Below, piece by piece: positions 18,988 through 27,744 of a DNA stretch of 64,000 nucleotides (its first letter is position 1; every line of letters starts with the position of its first letter). The notes below the pieces were generated by a model that worked only from the letters and a program-made list of their open reading frames with translations, made no database searches and had not been told where the DNA came from. The stretch lies in assembly GCA_043813075.1 (NCBI GenBank), contig JBDRLL010000003.1, forward strand, positions 54,606 through 118,605, given 5' to 3'. The translations under genes and the position numbers were made by a program. The stretch comes from Candidatus Altiarchaeota archaeon (lineage in GTDB: Archaea; Altiarchaeota; Altiarchaeia; IMC4; SCGC-AAA252-I15).

Positions 18988-20106
18988 GTGGAAGAGATGG
19001 GGGGGAAGTCCATACTAATACTTGAGCGTGACCCGCTCAAGAGAAAGCGGAGATCATTTGAGATAGGGTACTGGAGGTTCTCGGAGTATTTTGTATCCGA
19101 AAGGCTGCTCAAAGAGGGATGGCAGGTCACATCACTGGATGACGAGTCCATGCCACACTTATGGCTTTTGTTGAAGTGGATGTTCAGGAGGGAGTGGATT
19201 GCAGAGTATTACTTAAGCCTCTTTCAGACGGCCATGCTAGCCTTCTCGCGGAAATCCCATCCTATCGCATGCGCCTGGCAGGGGCCGGGTTTTGTGTTCG
19301 CGGCGATACGCAAGTTGCTTGCGAGAAGCAGCGAGACTAAGCTGATAGTGGTGATGTACTACAGTTACACCCACAACACCTTAAGACATGCCATCATACG
19401 CCGTGTACTCGGATGGGTCCTCCGTGATTCTACGACAATCGTGTGCATCACTTCCACCCAGAGGAAGGAGTTCGAAAAGTCTTTTCGCCTGAAGCCAGGA
19501 CAGGTAAGGTACTTAAGAAGGGGTGTTGACACCGTATTTTTCAGTCCGCTCGCGGAGGACCGTGAAACCGGGATTAACGACTATGTGTTTTGCACTGGAG
19601 AATACGACAGGGACGACAGACTCCTGCTAAGCGCATGCATGGACCTGGGTTTGAAACTAATTCGGGTGACGAAAGAGCCGGAATACGCTTTAGAAATATT
19701 GAGGATTGCTAAGAACATCGGCGTCAGGGAGATTGAAGTCCTGATGAAAGTGGACGCTGAAACTCTGCGCAGATTATACAGGAACTCGCTGTTTGTAGTG
19801 GTGCCTGTTAAGAATGACACCCATCCGGCTGGACTTACATCCTTACTGGAGTCCATGGCCTGTGGGAAGGCGACCATCGTCAGCGAGGGGTTGACTACAG
19901 AGGATTATGCTAGAGACATGGTGGACGCCGTTTATTTTAATCGAGGTGACTTGAAGAGTTTGAAGGATAGGATGGCTCTACTGCGTGATGACGCCCACCT
20001 GAGGGCAGTCATCGGAGGAAACGCCAGGAAAGCTGTGGAGGATAACCACCGAATCGAGGATGACGTTGATGGCCTGATGCGGGTGGTGGGGGGCCTCATG
20101 GCCTAG
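18988..20106 (+). CDS. GT-B glycosyltransferase (GT4/GT1 family)
   Basis: PAGLTSLLESMACGKATIVSEG matches the E-x7-E / nucleotide-sugar binding motif of GT4 enzymes. Confidence 0.7.
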   Translation: MEEMGGKSILILERDPLKRKRRSFEIGYWRFSEYFVSERLLKEGWQVTSLDDESMPHLWLLLKWMFRREWIAEYYLSLFQTAMLAFSRKSHPIACAWQGPGFVFAAIRKLLARSSETKLIVVMYYSYTHNTLRHAIIRRVLGWVLRDSTTIVCITSTQRKEFEKSFRLKPGQVRYLRRGVDTVFFSPLAEDRETGINDYVFCTGEYDRDDRLLLSACMDLGLKLIRVTKEPEYALEILRIAKNIGVREIEVLMKVDAETLRRLYRNSLFVVVPVKNDTHPAGLTSLLESMACGKATIVSEGLTTEDYARDMVDAVYFNRGDLKSLKDRMALLRDDAHLRAVIGGNARKAVEDNHRIEDDVDGLMRVVGGLMA

Positions 20107-20112
20107 TGTTTT

Positions 20113-21426
20113 TCATTTTACCAGTGATATTATAGGGTTCCTGCTCCCGCTCCTGGTTTTACTCAACCGGTCTTTTACCACAACATCCACATCAACTTCT
20201 TCGTTTATTGCCGATCTGATCTTGTCTTCAATCTCGCGCACCATAACCGTTGAGAATTTGATTCCAGGCAGTATCTCTAGCGTTAAGTGATCCCTAGAAT
20301 CCTGTATCATACAGAAGTCGCATATGCAGTCAGGATAGTCCAGGATAAGATGATAGGCCAGGTCCAGGAGAAATCCTGAAGAGAGGATTCTCCCGCTTGG
20401 GAGCGTGAAATAGTCGTTTTTCCTGCCTTGCAGCTTCTCCAACACCTTGAATTTTCTCCCGCAAGAACATTCCTTGGTGACTATGCTGGCAAGGTCTTTC
20501 TGGCGATACCTGATGAACGGCATGGCGTAATTTAGAAGATGGGTTCCAACAACCTCTCCAACAACACCCTCTGGAAGGTCTTGGCCGTTTTCATCGAGGA
20601 TTTCAACATAGTTTATATCCTCGAAGACGTGGTAGTTGTAGGCCCTGCATTGGGCTGCTATGCGGTTTAATTCCTCGGAGGAATACTCGTCTAGGATAGT
20701 GCAGTTAAAAAAATCCGCTAGTCTGCTTCTTTCACTGGGAAGTGACATCTCTGAATTCACGAATATTGCCTTAAGTCTTTTTGGTGGGGAAACCCCATTA
20801 TGCATCATATAAACCATTAACTCACTCAATACGGATGGATAGCACGAGAGTATGTCAGGATTTTGCCGGACTAATTCCCTTGTTATCGAGGGCACATCAT
20901 CAAGAGTCCATATGAAACGCACCCAGTATAGGCCCAATATCCTGTCCAACGGATGCTTTGACGAGTAGATGCTAACCTGCTTGTGCCATGGACGCCATCG
21001 AACCCCCATCGAATACGTCCTAAGTCCAGCCAGCATATAGTGCACAAGAGTGGACTTGTCGTATATCACCTTCAGCACCTTGCCTGATGAGCCGGAACTC
21101 GCTGAGACAATGCACTTGTCCGCGTCAACGCCTTTCGCTAGAACGCCTTCCGGGAAGTTGTCTATTAACTCATCCTTAGTTGTTAACGGTAGTCTCTTGA
21201 AGTCCTGGATGGTTTTAATATCACTTGGCTTTATACCAGCATGATCATACTTTTCCCTGTACAATGGGACGTTGACGTAAGCGTGTTCAACGATTTTTTT
21301 AAGCCTATCAAATTGGTATCTCTCGATTTCTTCCCGCGAACGGTATTGAAGTCTGAATGTGGGGAATAGACCCGGCAGTAACCGGGATACCACGTTGAAT
21401 CCGTCGCTTAGGGGCAGTGTTTTCAT
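20113..21426 (-). CDS. adenylate-forming enzyme, PaaK/CapK/coenzyme F390 synthetase-like
   Basis: RLPLTTKDELIDNFPEGVLA and SSGSSGK(V) match the phenylacetate-CoA ligase-like family. The start is moved from 21546 to the internal MKTLPLS Met at 21426, which shortens the overlap with the downstream gene. Confidence 0.6.
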   Translation of the reverse strand: MKTLPLSDGFNVVSRLLPGLFPTFRLQYRSREEIERYQFDRLKKIVEHAYVNVPLYREKYDHAGIKPSDIKTIQDFKRLPLTTKDELIDNFPEGVLAKGVDADKCIVSASSGSSGKVLKVIYDKSTLVHYMLAGLRTYSMGVRWRPWHKQVSIYSSKHPLDRILGLYWVRFIWTLDDVPSITRELVRQNPDILSCYPSVLSELMVYMMHNGVSPPKRLKAIFVNSEMSLPSERSRLADFFNCTILDEYSSEELNRIAAQCRAYNYHVFEDINYVEILDENGQDLPEGVVGEVVGTHLLNYAMPFIRYRQKDLASIVTKECSCGRKFKVLEKLQGRKNDYFTLPSGRILSSGFLLDLAYHLILDYPDCICDFCMIQDSRDHLTLEILPGIKFSTVMVREIEDKIRSAINEEVDVDVVVKDRLSKTRSGSRNPIISLVK

Positions 21427-21487
21427 TATTTTAGTAGAGTATATTAACAGGCCATAAAGAAAACTGGGGGGCAAGCCACAAAGCGTA

Positions 21488-22801
21488 GTGGCTATCGCAC
21501 CTGAGACCATAATGCATTGGGTACTGGGTCTTATTAAGTTTTTCACCGTATTCTTACCTGTGGTAGAATATGTGGAGACCTACGGGTGCGCTCTAAACCA
21601 GGCTGACAGCGAGACTATTCACGGACTGCTTGAGGAGCACGGGCTAGGCGAGTCTGGTGTTGTCGTGGTAAACACGTGCACAGTCAAGTCCCCGACCGAA
21701 AACAAGATACTGAAGAAACTCAGGGAATACGAGTCTGAGGGTAGACGCGTGGTTGTGGCAGGATGCCTGCCGGCAGCAAGACCAGGAGTAGCGGACGAGT
21801 TCCCATCCTTCTCATTCATCGGAACCAACACAGGAGACATAGTGGAGGCTGTGAGCGCTACGGCCGTGGGCGAAAGGTACGTTAATATCTCGGGTCCTGG
21901 CGAGAAAATCGGGCTGCCGCACGTGAACGAGAACCCTGTCGTCGGCATCGTGCCGATATCAGAGGGTTGTCTGGGAGGCTGCAGCTACTGTCTGACTAAG
22001 AAGGCTAGGGGGAGGCTAAAGTCATACAGCGTTGATGGTATCGTCCGCCGGATTGGCGAGTTCGCTTCTAAGGGTGTCAGGGAGATATGGCTTACGTCAC
22101 AGGATACTGGAGCCTATGGGAGAGATGTTGGATGCGACCTTGTGGAACTGCTTAACGCAGTCTGCATGGTGGAAGGCGACTTCAAGGTCAGGGTCGGCAT
22201 GATGAACCCTAACTATGCGTTGGAGATGCTGGACGGTTTGATTGACGCCTACAGGAACGTTAAGATTTACAGGTTCGCGCACATTCCAGTGCAGTCTGGC
22301 AGCGACAAAGTGCTTGAAGAGATGAACAGGCGATACTGTGTGAGAGATTTCAAGAGGATTGCTGAGAGATTCAGGGAAGAATTGAATGCCACTATATCGA
22401 CGGACGTTATTGCAGGCTATCCGACTGAGACCACTGAAGAATTCGACAAGACAGTGAGGCTGATAAGGGAGTTGAAGCCTGATGTGCTTAACGTGTCCAG
22501 ATACTGGCCGAGGCCTGGCACGGAAGCCGCTTCATTAAAGCAGCTGCCCGGTAGGGAGACCAAGAGGCGTTCCAGTATTATCGTCGACTTGTTCAGGGAA
22601 ACAGGGTTGGAGAGGAATAGATGGTGGATTGGGTGGAATGGCGAGTGCATCGCCTCGAAGGATAACGGGGATGGCACGTACACTGCGCGCAACGACTGGT
22701 ACAAGCCGATAATAGTTGATGGTGAAGGACTGTTAGGAAATAATCTGATGGTTGAGGTTACTGAGGCGACATACTATGACTTGAGGGGGGAAATCACCTA
22801 G
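21488..22801 (+). CDS. MiaB-like tRNA methylthiotransferase, archaeal e-MtaB type
   Basis: VYVETYGCALNQADSE (MTTase N domain), radical SAM CLGGCSYC, C-terminal TRAM-like region; start could be the second Met at 21512. Confidence 0.85.
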   Translation: MAIAPETIMHWVLGLIKFFTVFLPVVEYVETYGCALNQADSETIHGLLEEHGLGESGVVVVNTCTVKSPTENKILKKLREYESEGRRVVVAGCLPAARPGVADEFPSFSFIGTNTGDIVEAVSATAVGERYVNISGPGEKIGLPHVNENPVVGIVPISEGCLGGCSYCLTKKARGRLKSYSVDGIVRRIGEFASKGVREIWLTSQDTGAYGRDVGCDLVELLNAVCMVEGDFKVRVGMMNPNYALEMLDGLIDAYRNVKIYRFAHIPVQSGSDKVLEEMNRRYCVRDFKRIAERFREELNATISTDVIAGYPTETTEEFDKTVRLIRELKPDVLNVSRYWPRPGTEAASLKQLPGRETKRRSSIIVDLFRETGLERNRWWIGWNGECIASKDNGDGTYTARNDWYKPIIVDGEGLLGNNLMVEVTEATYYDLRGEIT

Positions 22802-23438
22802 CCTGCAGCAACACGCCTTTTATCCTGCCGACATCCTTTGCATCAATCCTTGGGAAAGGTATCTTACTTAACGCGATGCGGAGTTCACGATCCTCTTCGG
22901 CAGGAGCATCCTGCCCCCTGACCGTTAGTGCGTCCATGAAAGCCCGTCTAGTGGACTTGTCGTCAGAACTCCTCTTGTCAGCCCGGAAATCCACGCTTTC
23001 AACCAACTTCGGGTCTTGAATAAGCTTTTCCAATGCATCATGAGGGTATGTGACCCACTCCTTCAAACCCTTCTCCAGACGCTCAGCCAACTGGCCAGCA
23101 TCCTCCCTAGAGCCGGTCGCCCTCACGATTCTCTCGGCAATAAGAGAGATTGCCCTGCTGGCATAGATTCCTGGGAAATTCATGGGGTGAAGCCACTCCG
23201 CCTCCCCCACGGGAACTGAAACCATCTCCCTGAGGATGTCTTGCACAGGCCGGTGAGGCGTAATCCCTGACTGGCGTACCGCATAATCCATTACCTGTGA
23301 TAACTTGTCGGGAGGCAATACCTTCTTCATGCCATCAAATATTTTCTCAGCCCCCGCCTCCTCGATGGTGGGTGGGAATAGATAACCCTGACCTTTACCG
23401 TCAAAGTAGTGCTGCCCCCTCCGAGTGAATGTTGGCAT
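22794..23438 (-). CDS. hypothetical protein
   Basis: 214-aa ORF, charged, no recognised motif. Confidence 0.4.
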   Translation of the reverse strand: MPTFTRRGQHYFDGKGQGYLFPPTIEEAGAEKIFDGMKKVLPPDKLSQVMDYAVRQSGITPHRPVQDILREMVSVPVGEAEWLHPMNFPGIYASRAISLIAERIVRATGSREDAGQLAERLEKGLKEWVTYPHDALEKLIQDPKLVESVDFRADKRSSDDKSTRRAFMDALTVRGQDAPAEEDRELRIALSKIPFPRIDAKDVGRIKGVLLQAR

Positions 23439-23459
23439 AATGGATAATAGGTAGGATGA

Positions 23460-24464
23460 TTATTTTAACTTGAAGTCGACGCAGTACCTTGAGACTCCGG
23501 GTGAGAAAGACCCGCACTCGACCACATCCAACACCTCGACAGCAACCCCCAATATGCCAGCAGACTCGACCGCATCACCGCTAGCACCGATACTGCTCTC
23601 CGCGAAGACATAATAATGGACGACACCACCCGTATTCAACGCCGGCAACGCAATATCCATGAAGCTTCCAGCATCCTTGGGCAGCGGCATCACTATCCTG
23701 TCAAATGTCCCGAGGCTGGGGACGACATCACGAACGTCGCCACAGTAGACGCTAACACTGGTCTTACTCATCAAAACGTTCTTACGCATGAACTCCACCG
23801 CATCAGGATTCAACTCTACCGCATGGACTTCACAGCCTGAAACACGTGAAATCAGTATTGCATACGGGCCTACGCCAGCGAACATGACGAGCACCCTTTC
23901 GCCGGGACGGGCCTGTCTCGCCACCCGCATACGCTCGCCGGATAGACGGGGGCTGAAGTAGGCCTTAGCCACGTCAAGCCGGTACCTTAGGCCGTGCTCG
24001 GAGTGTATCGTCCAGGTCCTGTCTTCCCCAGCTATCACTTGCAGGGACGGCACACGATACTCTGAGTCGACCTTCCCGGTCTTCATGAGGACAACCTTAA
24101 CGTTCTTGAAGGTTTTGATAAGCGCTTCACCCACAATATTCTTCCTTGGCAAAAGGCCTTCAGGCAGGTCGATTATGGCTATGTCGCCGATTATGTCGAA
24201 TGATGACGGCACTAGAGGCAGTTCACCTTCAGACAGAGTATTCCTAAGGGAATCAAGGAGGGAAGTCGGGGCTCTTTCGTTTAACGGACCTTCACGCTCC
24301 ACGAACTCCACGCCATCGACTTCAATTTTCTCTTTCACAGGGAAGAGCACGAATCCCTTCTCCCGAATAACTTTGCGGGAGTTATCCCAAACGCCCGAAT
24401 CCATGACAATATTCTTGACGGACTCCGCCCTCCGGACCTCAATCTTAGCGTACATCACCGACAC
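23460..24464 (-). CDS. trm5: tRNA (guanine37-N1)-methyltransferase Trm5 / Taw22-like
   Basis: VLVMFAGVGPYAILISR (motif I), VHAVELNPDAVEFMRKNV, and an N-terminal region typical of the Met-10+ family. Confidence 0.75.
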   Translation of the reverse strand: MSVMYAKIEVRRAESVKNIVMDSGVWDNSRKVIREKGFVLFPVKEKIEVDGVEFVEREGPLNERAPTSLLDSLRNTLSEGELPLVPSSFDIIGDIAIIDLPEGLLPRKNIVGEALIKTFKNVKVVLMKTGKVDSEYRVPSLQVIAGEDRTWTIHSEHGLRYRLDVAKAYFSPRLSGERMRVARQARPGERVLVMFAGVGPYAILISRVSGCEVHAVELNPDAVEFMRKNVLMSKTSVSVYCGDVRDVVPSLGTFDRIVMPLPKDAGSFMDIALPALNTGGVVHYYVFAESSIGASGDAVESAGILGVAVEVLDVVECGSFSPGVSRYCVDFKLK

Positions 24465-24471
24465 GTAAAGA

Positions 24472-24891
24472 CTATTCCCCCTTGAAGTATAAACGCTTAA
24501 TCTTCTTGCTGCTGTTCAATCCACCATCCCACTTGGATTGAATACGGACAACGCGTGCTTCAACACCCGCCTTCCTCAGCATATCCTCAACCTCTTCGAT
24601 AGTGAACGACTGGTCAGGGCCAAGCGTGACTATGTCGGGCTTCAACTCGCGTATGGGCTTCAGCATGTCGTCAGGGTCGCCGATGACCGCGTCATCCACC
24701 GACTTCAGCGACTTAACCACCTCAAGCCTCTGCCCCTCGGGTATGTGCACCACACCCTTCCGGTCTCCAGCAGTCCTGTCTGATGCGATTATGACCACAA
24801 GCCTGTCCCCCAGCCTACGGGACTCGCTTAGGTAAAGCAGATGGCCTGGATGCAGCACCTCGAAAACCCCTGTGGCAACGACTAGAACCAT
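24472..24891 (-). CDS. ribL: FAD synthetase RibL / cytidylyltransferase-family protein
   Basis: VLVVATGVFEVLHPGHLLYLSESRRLGDRLVVIIASD (HxGH nucleotidyltransferase motif); the start is moved to the internal Met because the upstream 62 codons lack homology and run into the divergent gene. Confidence 0.65.
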   Translation of the reverse strand: MVLVVATGVFEVLHPGHLLYLSESRRLGDRLVVIIASDRTAGDRKGVVHIPEGQRLEVVKSLKSVDDAVIGDPDDMLKPIRELKPDIVTLGPDQSFTIEEVEDMLRKAGVEARVVRIQSKWDGGLNSSKKIKRLYFKGE

Positions 24892-24907
24892 ATGAAGCTT
24901 ATATACG

Positions 24908-25354
24908 TTGAAGAATAAATGTATCTTCCAGATGAAGCCTGAAATCGAGTACAAGAGCCTTGAGGCGAAACAGTACGGAACCGGTGGAGAGCCGGCCAGC
25001 ATAAACAACAACAGCACTCTGACGAAAGTACTGGGCGAGGGGAAATACCTTAACGTGGGATTCATATTCAGCTGCAACTACGAGCCCAACGTGGGCGTCA
25101 TAAGAATCGAAGGCGACCTTAGGCTCGACGAGTCGGAGGACAACGTCAAGAGGGCTATGGACGAGTGGAACACGTCAGGACACAAGAAACTCCCGAAAGA
25201 CATCGCCGAGAAAGTCCACAACACGATACTGTCGAACTGCGTGCTGGAGGCAAGCATCCTGGCGAGGGACGTTAAACTACCGGTCCCACTGCCAGTCCCC
25301 CACGTCCAGATAGGCAGCGAATCAACGAAGGAGACTCAAAGTTATATCAGATGA
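24908..25354 (+). CDS. hypothetical protein
   Basis: 148-aa ORF upstream of rpl31e, same strand; no motif recognised. Confidence 0.35.
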   Translation: MKNKCIFQMKPEIEYKSLEAKQYGTGGEPASINNNSTLTKVLGEGKYLNVGFIFSCNYEPNVGVIRIEGDLRLDESEDNVKRAMDEWNTSGHKKLPKDIAEKVHNTILSNCVLEASILARDVKLPVPLPVPHVQIGSESTKETQSYIR

Positions 25355-25357
25355 AAA

Positions 25358-25660
25358 ATGAAAGAAGAAAAGCCAGATAAGAAGGAGAAGAAGTCGAAGA
25401 AGGAGGCCAAGCCCCCGGAAGAGAAGATATACTCTGTGCCATTAGGCAGCGCGCGCAAAGGATCTTCACGAGAAAAGGCCAGTAAGGCAGTGAAGGTTGT
25501 GAAAGAGTTCCTCGAGTCAAAGGCAGGGCTGGACGAATACTCCATAGACCCTGAGTTGAACAGCCAGCTATGGTCAAGGGGAATCGGCAAGCCACCCAGG
25601 AGCCTGAAGATAAAGGTTGTGAAAAACGAGGGTGAAGTCACTGTTTCACCGGTGAAGTAG
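25358..25660 (+). CDS. rpl31e: 50S ribosomal protein L31e
   Basis: 100 aa; Lys-rich N-terminus then IYSVPLGSARKG..; conserved gene order with aIF6 downstream. Confidence 0.8.
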   Translation: MKEEKPDKKEKKSKKEAKPPEEKIYSVPLGSARKGSSREKASKAVKVVKEFLESKAGLDEYSIDPELNSQLWSRGIGKPPRSLKIKVVKNEGEVTVSPVK

Positions 25661-25665
25661 GCAAC

Positions 25666-26316
25666 ATGCACTACCAGCAGCTAAGCGTGCAGGGCGAGGA
25701 TTTCATAGGCCTCCTAGGACTCGCCACGGACAGGTATGCAGTACTCGCCAGGAAGTTCCCGGATACTGATGTTTTAGGCGTGGAGTCGCTTCGGACGAGG
25801 ATATACGCCACAAACCTTGTGGGAATGTTCTGCGCCGGGAACAGTAACGGGCTTCTAGTGCCGTACTTTGTTGGCGAGGACGAGATGCAGAGGCTTAGGG
25901 AGTTCCTGAACCCCATGGGCGTTGAGGTGGGGAAGATTGAGGACATCCACACTGCCCTCGGCAACATGATAGCATGCAACGACAAAGGCTGCGTGCTAAG
26001 CCCCAAGATACTGGACTACCATGTTGTGGAGGAGGTGCTGGGTGTCGAGGCTGTCTCCATGAGTCTTGGCGGGCTTGAGGAGGTTGGCGCATGCGTTTGC
26101 GCTACAAACAAGGGATTCATCGCATCACCCTACGCTGAAGGGCAGCTAAAGGCTTTGAGCGACGTCCTTAAAGTGGGGGGCGACGTTGGGACAGTGAATT
26201 TCGGGGTTTCTTTCGTTAAGTCAGGCCTGATTGCCAACAGCAACGGCTACATGACAGGGTCAAGGACTAGTGGGATAGAGGTTGGTGAGATAGAGTCTGC
26301 GTTAGGGTTCATCTAG
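25666..26316 (+). CDS. eif6: translation initiation factor 6 (aIF6)
   Basis: ALGNMIACNDKGCVLSPKI, VGACVCATNKGFIASP and the C-terminal EVGEIESALGFI align with archaeal aIF6 pentein repeats. Confidence 0.9.
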   Translation: MHYQQLSVQGEDFIGLLGLATDRYAVLARKFPDTDVLGVESLRTRIYATNLVGMFCAGNSNGLLVPYFVGEDEMQRLREFLNPMGVEVGKIEDIHTALGNMIACNDKGCVLSPKILDYHVVEEVLGVEAVSMSLGGLEEVGACVCATNKGFIASPYAEGQLKALSDVLKVGGDVGTVNFGVSFVKSGLIANSNGYMTGSRTSGIEVGEIESALGFI

Positions 26317-26796
26317 CTTCCTTACCTTATCCACTCCACCAGATTCCTCAATAACCTTAGCCACCGCATCAGGGACAAGACTCCTCCAGTCGCCATCTTC
26401 AACTATTCTCCTACGCACTTCGGTGGCAGAGTATAGTACGCGGTTGAAGAATGGCACCTCAACCACACTAAAGCCGGCTTGCCTGAAAAGGTTGGTTTCA
26501 CGTTCCGTATTCCCGTAATACGCGTCGAAATCAAGGTTTTCACTGATCCACTCCATCCACTTGCCATCATCCCCGAAATCCGGGATTCCGACCACCTCGA
26601 AGCCGACGTCAAGCACCAGCGAGTTGACTATCATATCCTCCCGCTCTTCGAACGAGAAGGGATTATCCTTCACCCCACTCTTGTTAGAACTCCCTACGCC
26701 GATCAACAGCTCCCCTGAGTGTGCGGCAGCGTATTCTATAAGGCTTACGTGACCCTTGTGGAGCGGCTGAAACCTGCCGACAACGAGCGCTTTCAT
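26302..26796 (-). CDS. nadM: nicotinamide-nucleotide adenylyltransferase (archaeal NadM)
   Basis: MKALVVGRFQPLHKGHVSLIEYA (HxGH) and SATEVRRRI motifs. Confidence 0.85.
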   Translation of the reverse strand: MKALVVGRFQPLHKGHVSLIEYAAAHSGELLIGVGSSNKSGVKDNPFSFEEREDMIVNSLVLDVGFEVVGIPDFGDDGKWMEWISENLDFDAYYGNTERETNLFRQAGFSVVEVPFFNRVLYSATEVRRRIVEDGDWRSLVPDAVAKVIEESGGVDKVRKLDEP

Positions 26797-26834
26797 CCCG
26801 GTTTAATTAATTCGGTTCCATTGTTAATATCATT
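26791..26834. repeat. direct repeat copy 1 (promoter plus first two codons of nadM)
   Basis: 34-nt core ggtttaattaattcggttccattgttaatatcat identical to 27711-27744; the upstream tttcat(c/t)cc segment also matches. Confidence 0.8.
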
Positions 26835-26902
26835 AATGGAATAAAGGCGTTGGAATACAATAGGATATAAAAGTTGATAGGAATACGAGGGAGGTAGATT
26901 AT

Positions 26903-27598
26903 ATGGGATGGGGGAAAAAGCCCGCCAAATCTCGTTTTTGCGGTGTAAGCTATCTGGGAGAGGTTCAGGCTAATGAGATTGAGTTTATTGCGGGAAAGTT
27001 TTTATCTGACAGGAAGGATCTTGTGCTAGCCGACTTCGGCTGCGGCGGAAAACCATACAAAAATGTGTTTGAGAGATACGTTTCGAAGCATATTGGGGTG
27101 GATATCCCGTTAAACGATGATGCCGACGTATTCTTTGACGAGAAGGGGAGAGCAGACCTTCCGGACAACTCAGTGGATGTTGTAGTGTCAACCCAGACGC
27201 TGGAACACGTTGATAACCCGGTGTTTTTCCTTGAGGAGATAAGGCGTGTATTGAAGCCCGGCGGACTGCTTATTACCTCAACACACGGATGTTTCTTCTA
27301 CCACCCATGCCCGGGAGACTTCTGGAGGTGGACTGCTGAAGGATTAAAAAAACAGATAACCAATTCAGGCTACCATATCATATATTTTAAGGGGGTGCTT
27401 GGTTTAACGGGCCTGTCAATCCAGTTGTTCCAGGCTGCATTAGAGGAAAAACTGCCAAAACACATCATCAAACCCGTTTTCACATATATTATGCAGGTTC
27501 TTATCGGAATAGCGGATAAGATAGACACCGATGAAGAGAAAAAACGGGATGCTTGCATATACTTTGTAGTCGCTTCAAAAGAAGATACTGGCAGATGA
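26903..27598 (+). CDS. class I SAM-dependent methyltransferase
   Basis: LADFGCGGKPY (motif I), VVVSTQTLEHV, RVLKPGGLL (post II/III); lies wholly between the two direct repeats. Confidence 0.7.
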   Translation: MGWGKKPAKSRFCGVSYLGEVQANEIEFIAGKFLSDRKDLVLADFGCGGKPYKNVFERYVSKHIGVDIPLNDDADVFFDEKGRADLPDNSVDVVVSTQTLEHVDNPVFFLEEIRRVLKPGGLLITSTHGCFFYHPCPGDFWRWTAEGLKKQITNSGYHIIYFKGVLGLTGLSIQLFQAALEEKLPKHIIKPVFTYIMQVLIGIADKIDTDEEKKRDACIYFVVASKEDTGR

Positions 27599-27700
27599 CT
27601 AGGAGATATTAGCAGAACAAGTGACACCACCATTTTCTTACAGTTACTGGATGGGTGAGATGATGGGTAGGATATCCTGCCGAACCCATCTACGACGGTA

Positions 27701-27744
27701 TTTCATTCCAGGTTTAATTAATTCGGTTCCATTGTTAATATCAT
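27701..27744. repeat. direct repeat copy 2 (duplicated nadM promoter/start fragment, now upstream of the herA-like gene)
   Basis: Same 34-nt core plus tttcattcca; includes a duplicated ATG AAA opening a 22-codon remnant ORF on the minus strand. Confidence 0.8.

Noticed and set aside
21427-21546. 40-codon N-terminal extension of the PaaK-like ORF overlapping the MtaB-like gene
   Set aside because: Hydrophobic/Cys-rich extension with no homology; the internal Met at 21426 removes a 58-nt overlap.
24892-25077. 62-codon N-terminal extension of the ribL-like ORF
   Set aside because: Hydrophobic junk-like sequence overlapping the divergent gene at 24908; the conserved nucleotidyltransferase domain starts at the internal Met.
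26791-27744. Possibility that the two identical 34-nt elements are a minimal CRISPR array
   Set aside because: Only two copies, 867-bp spacing containing a full gene, and no cas genes. Interpreted as a duplication/insertion footprint instead.
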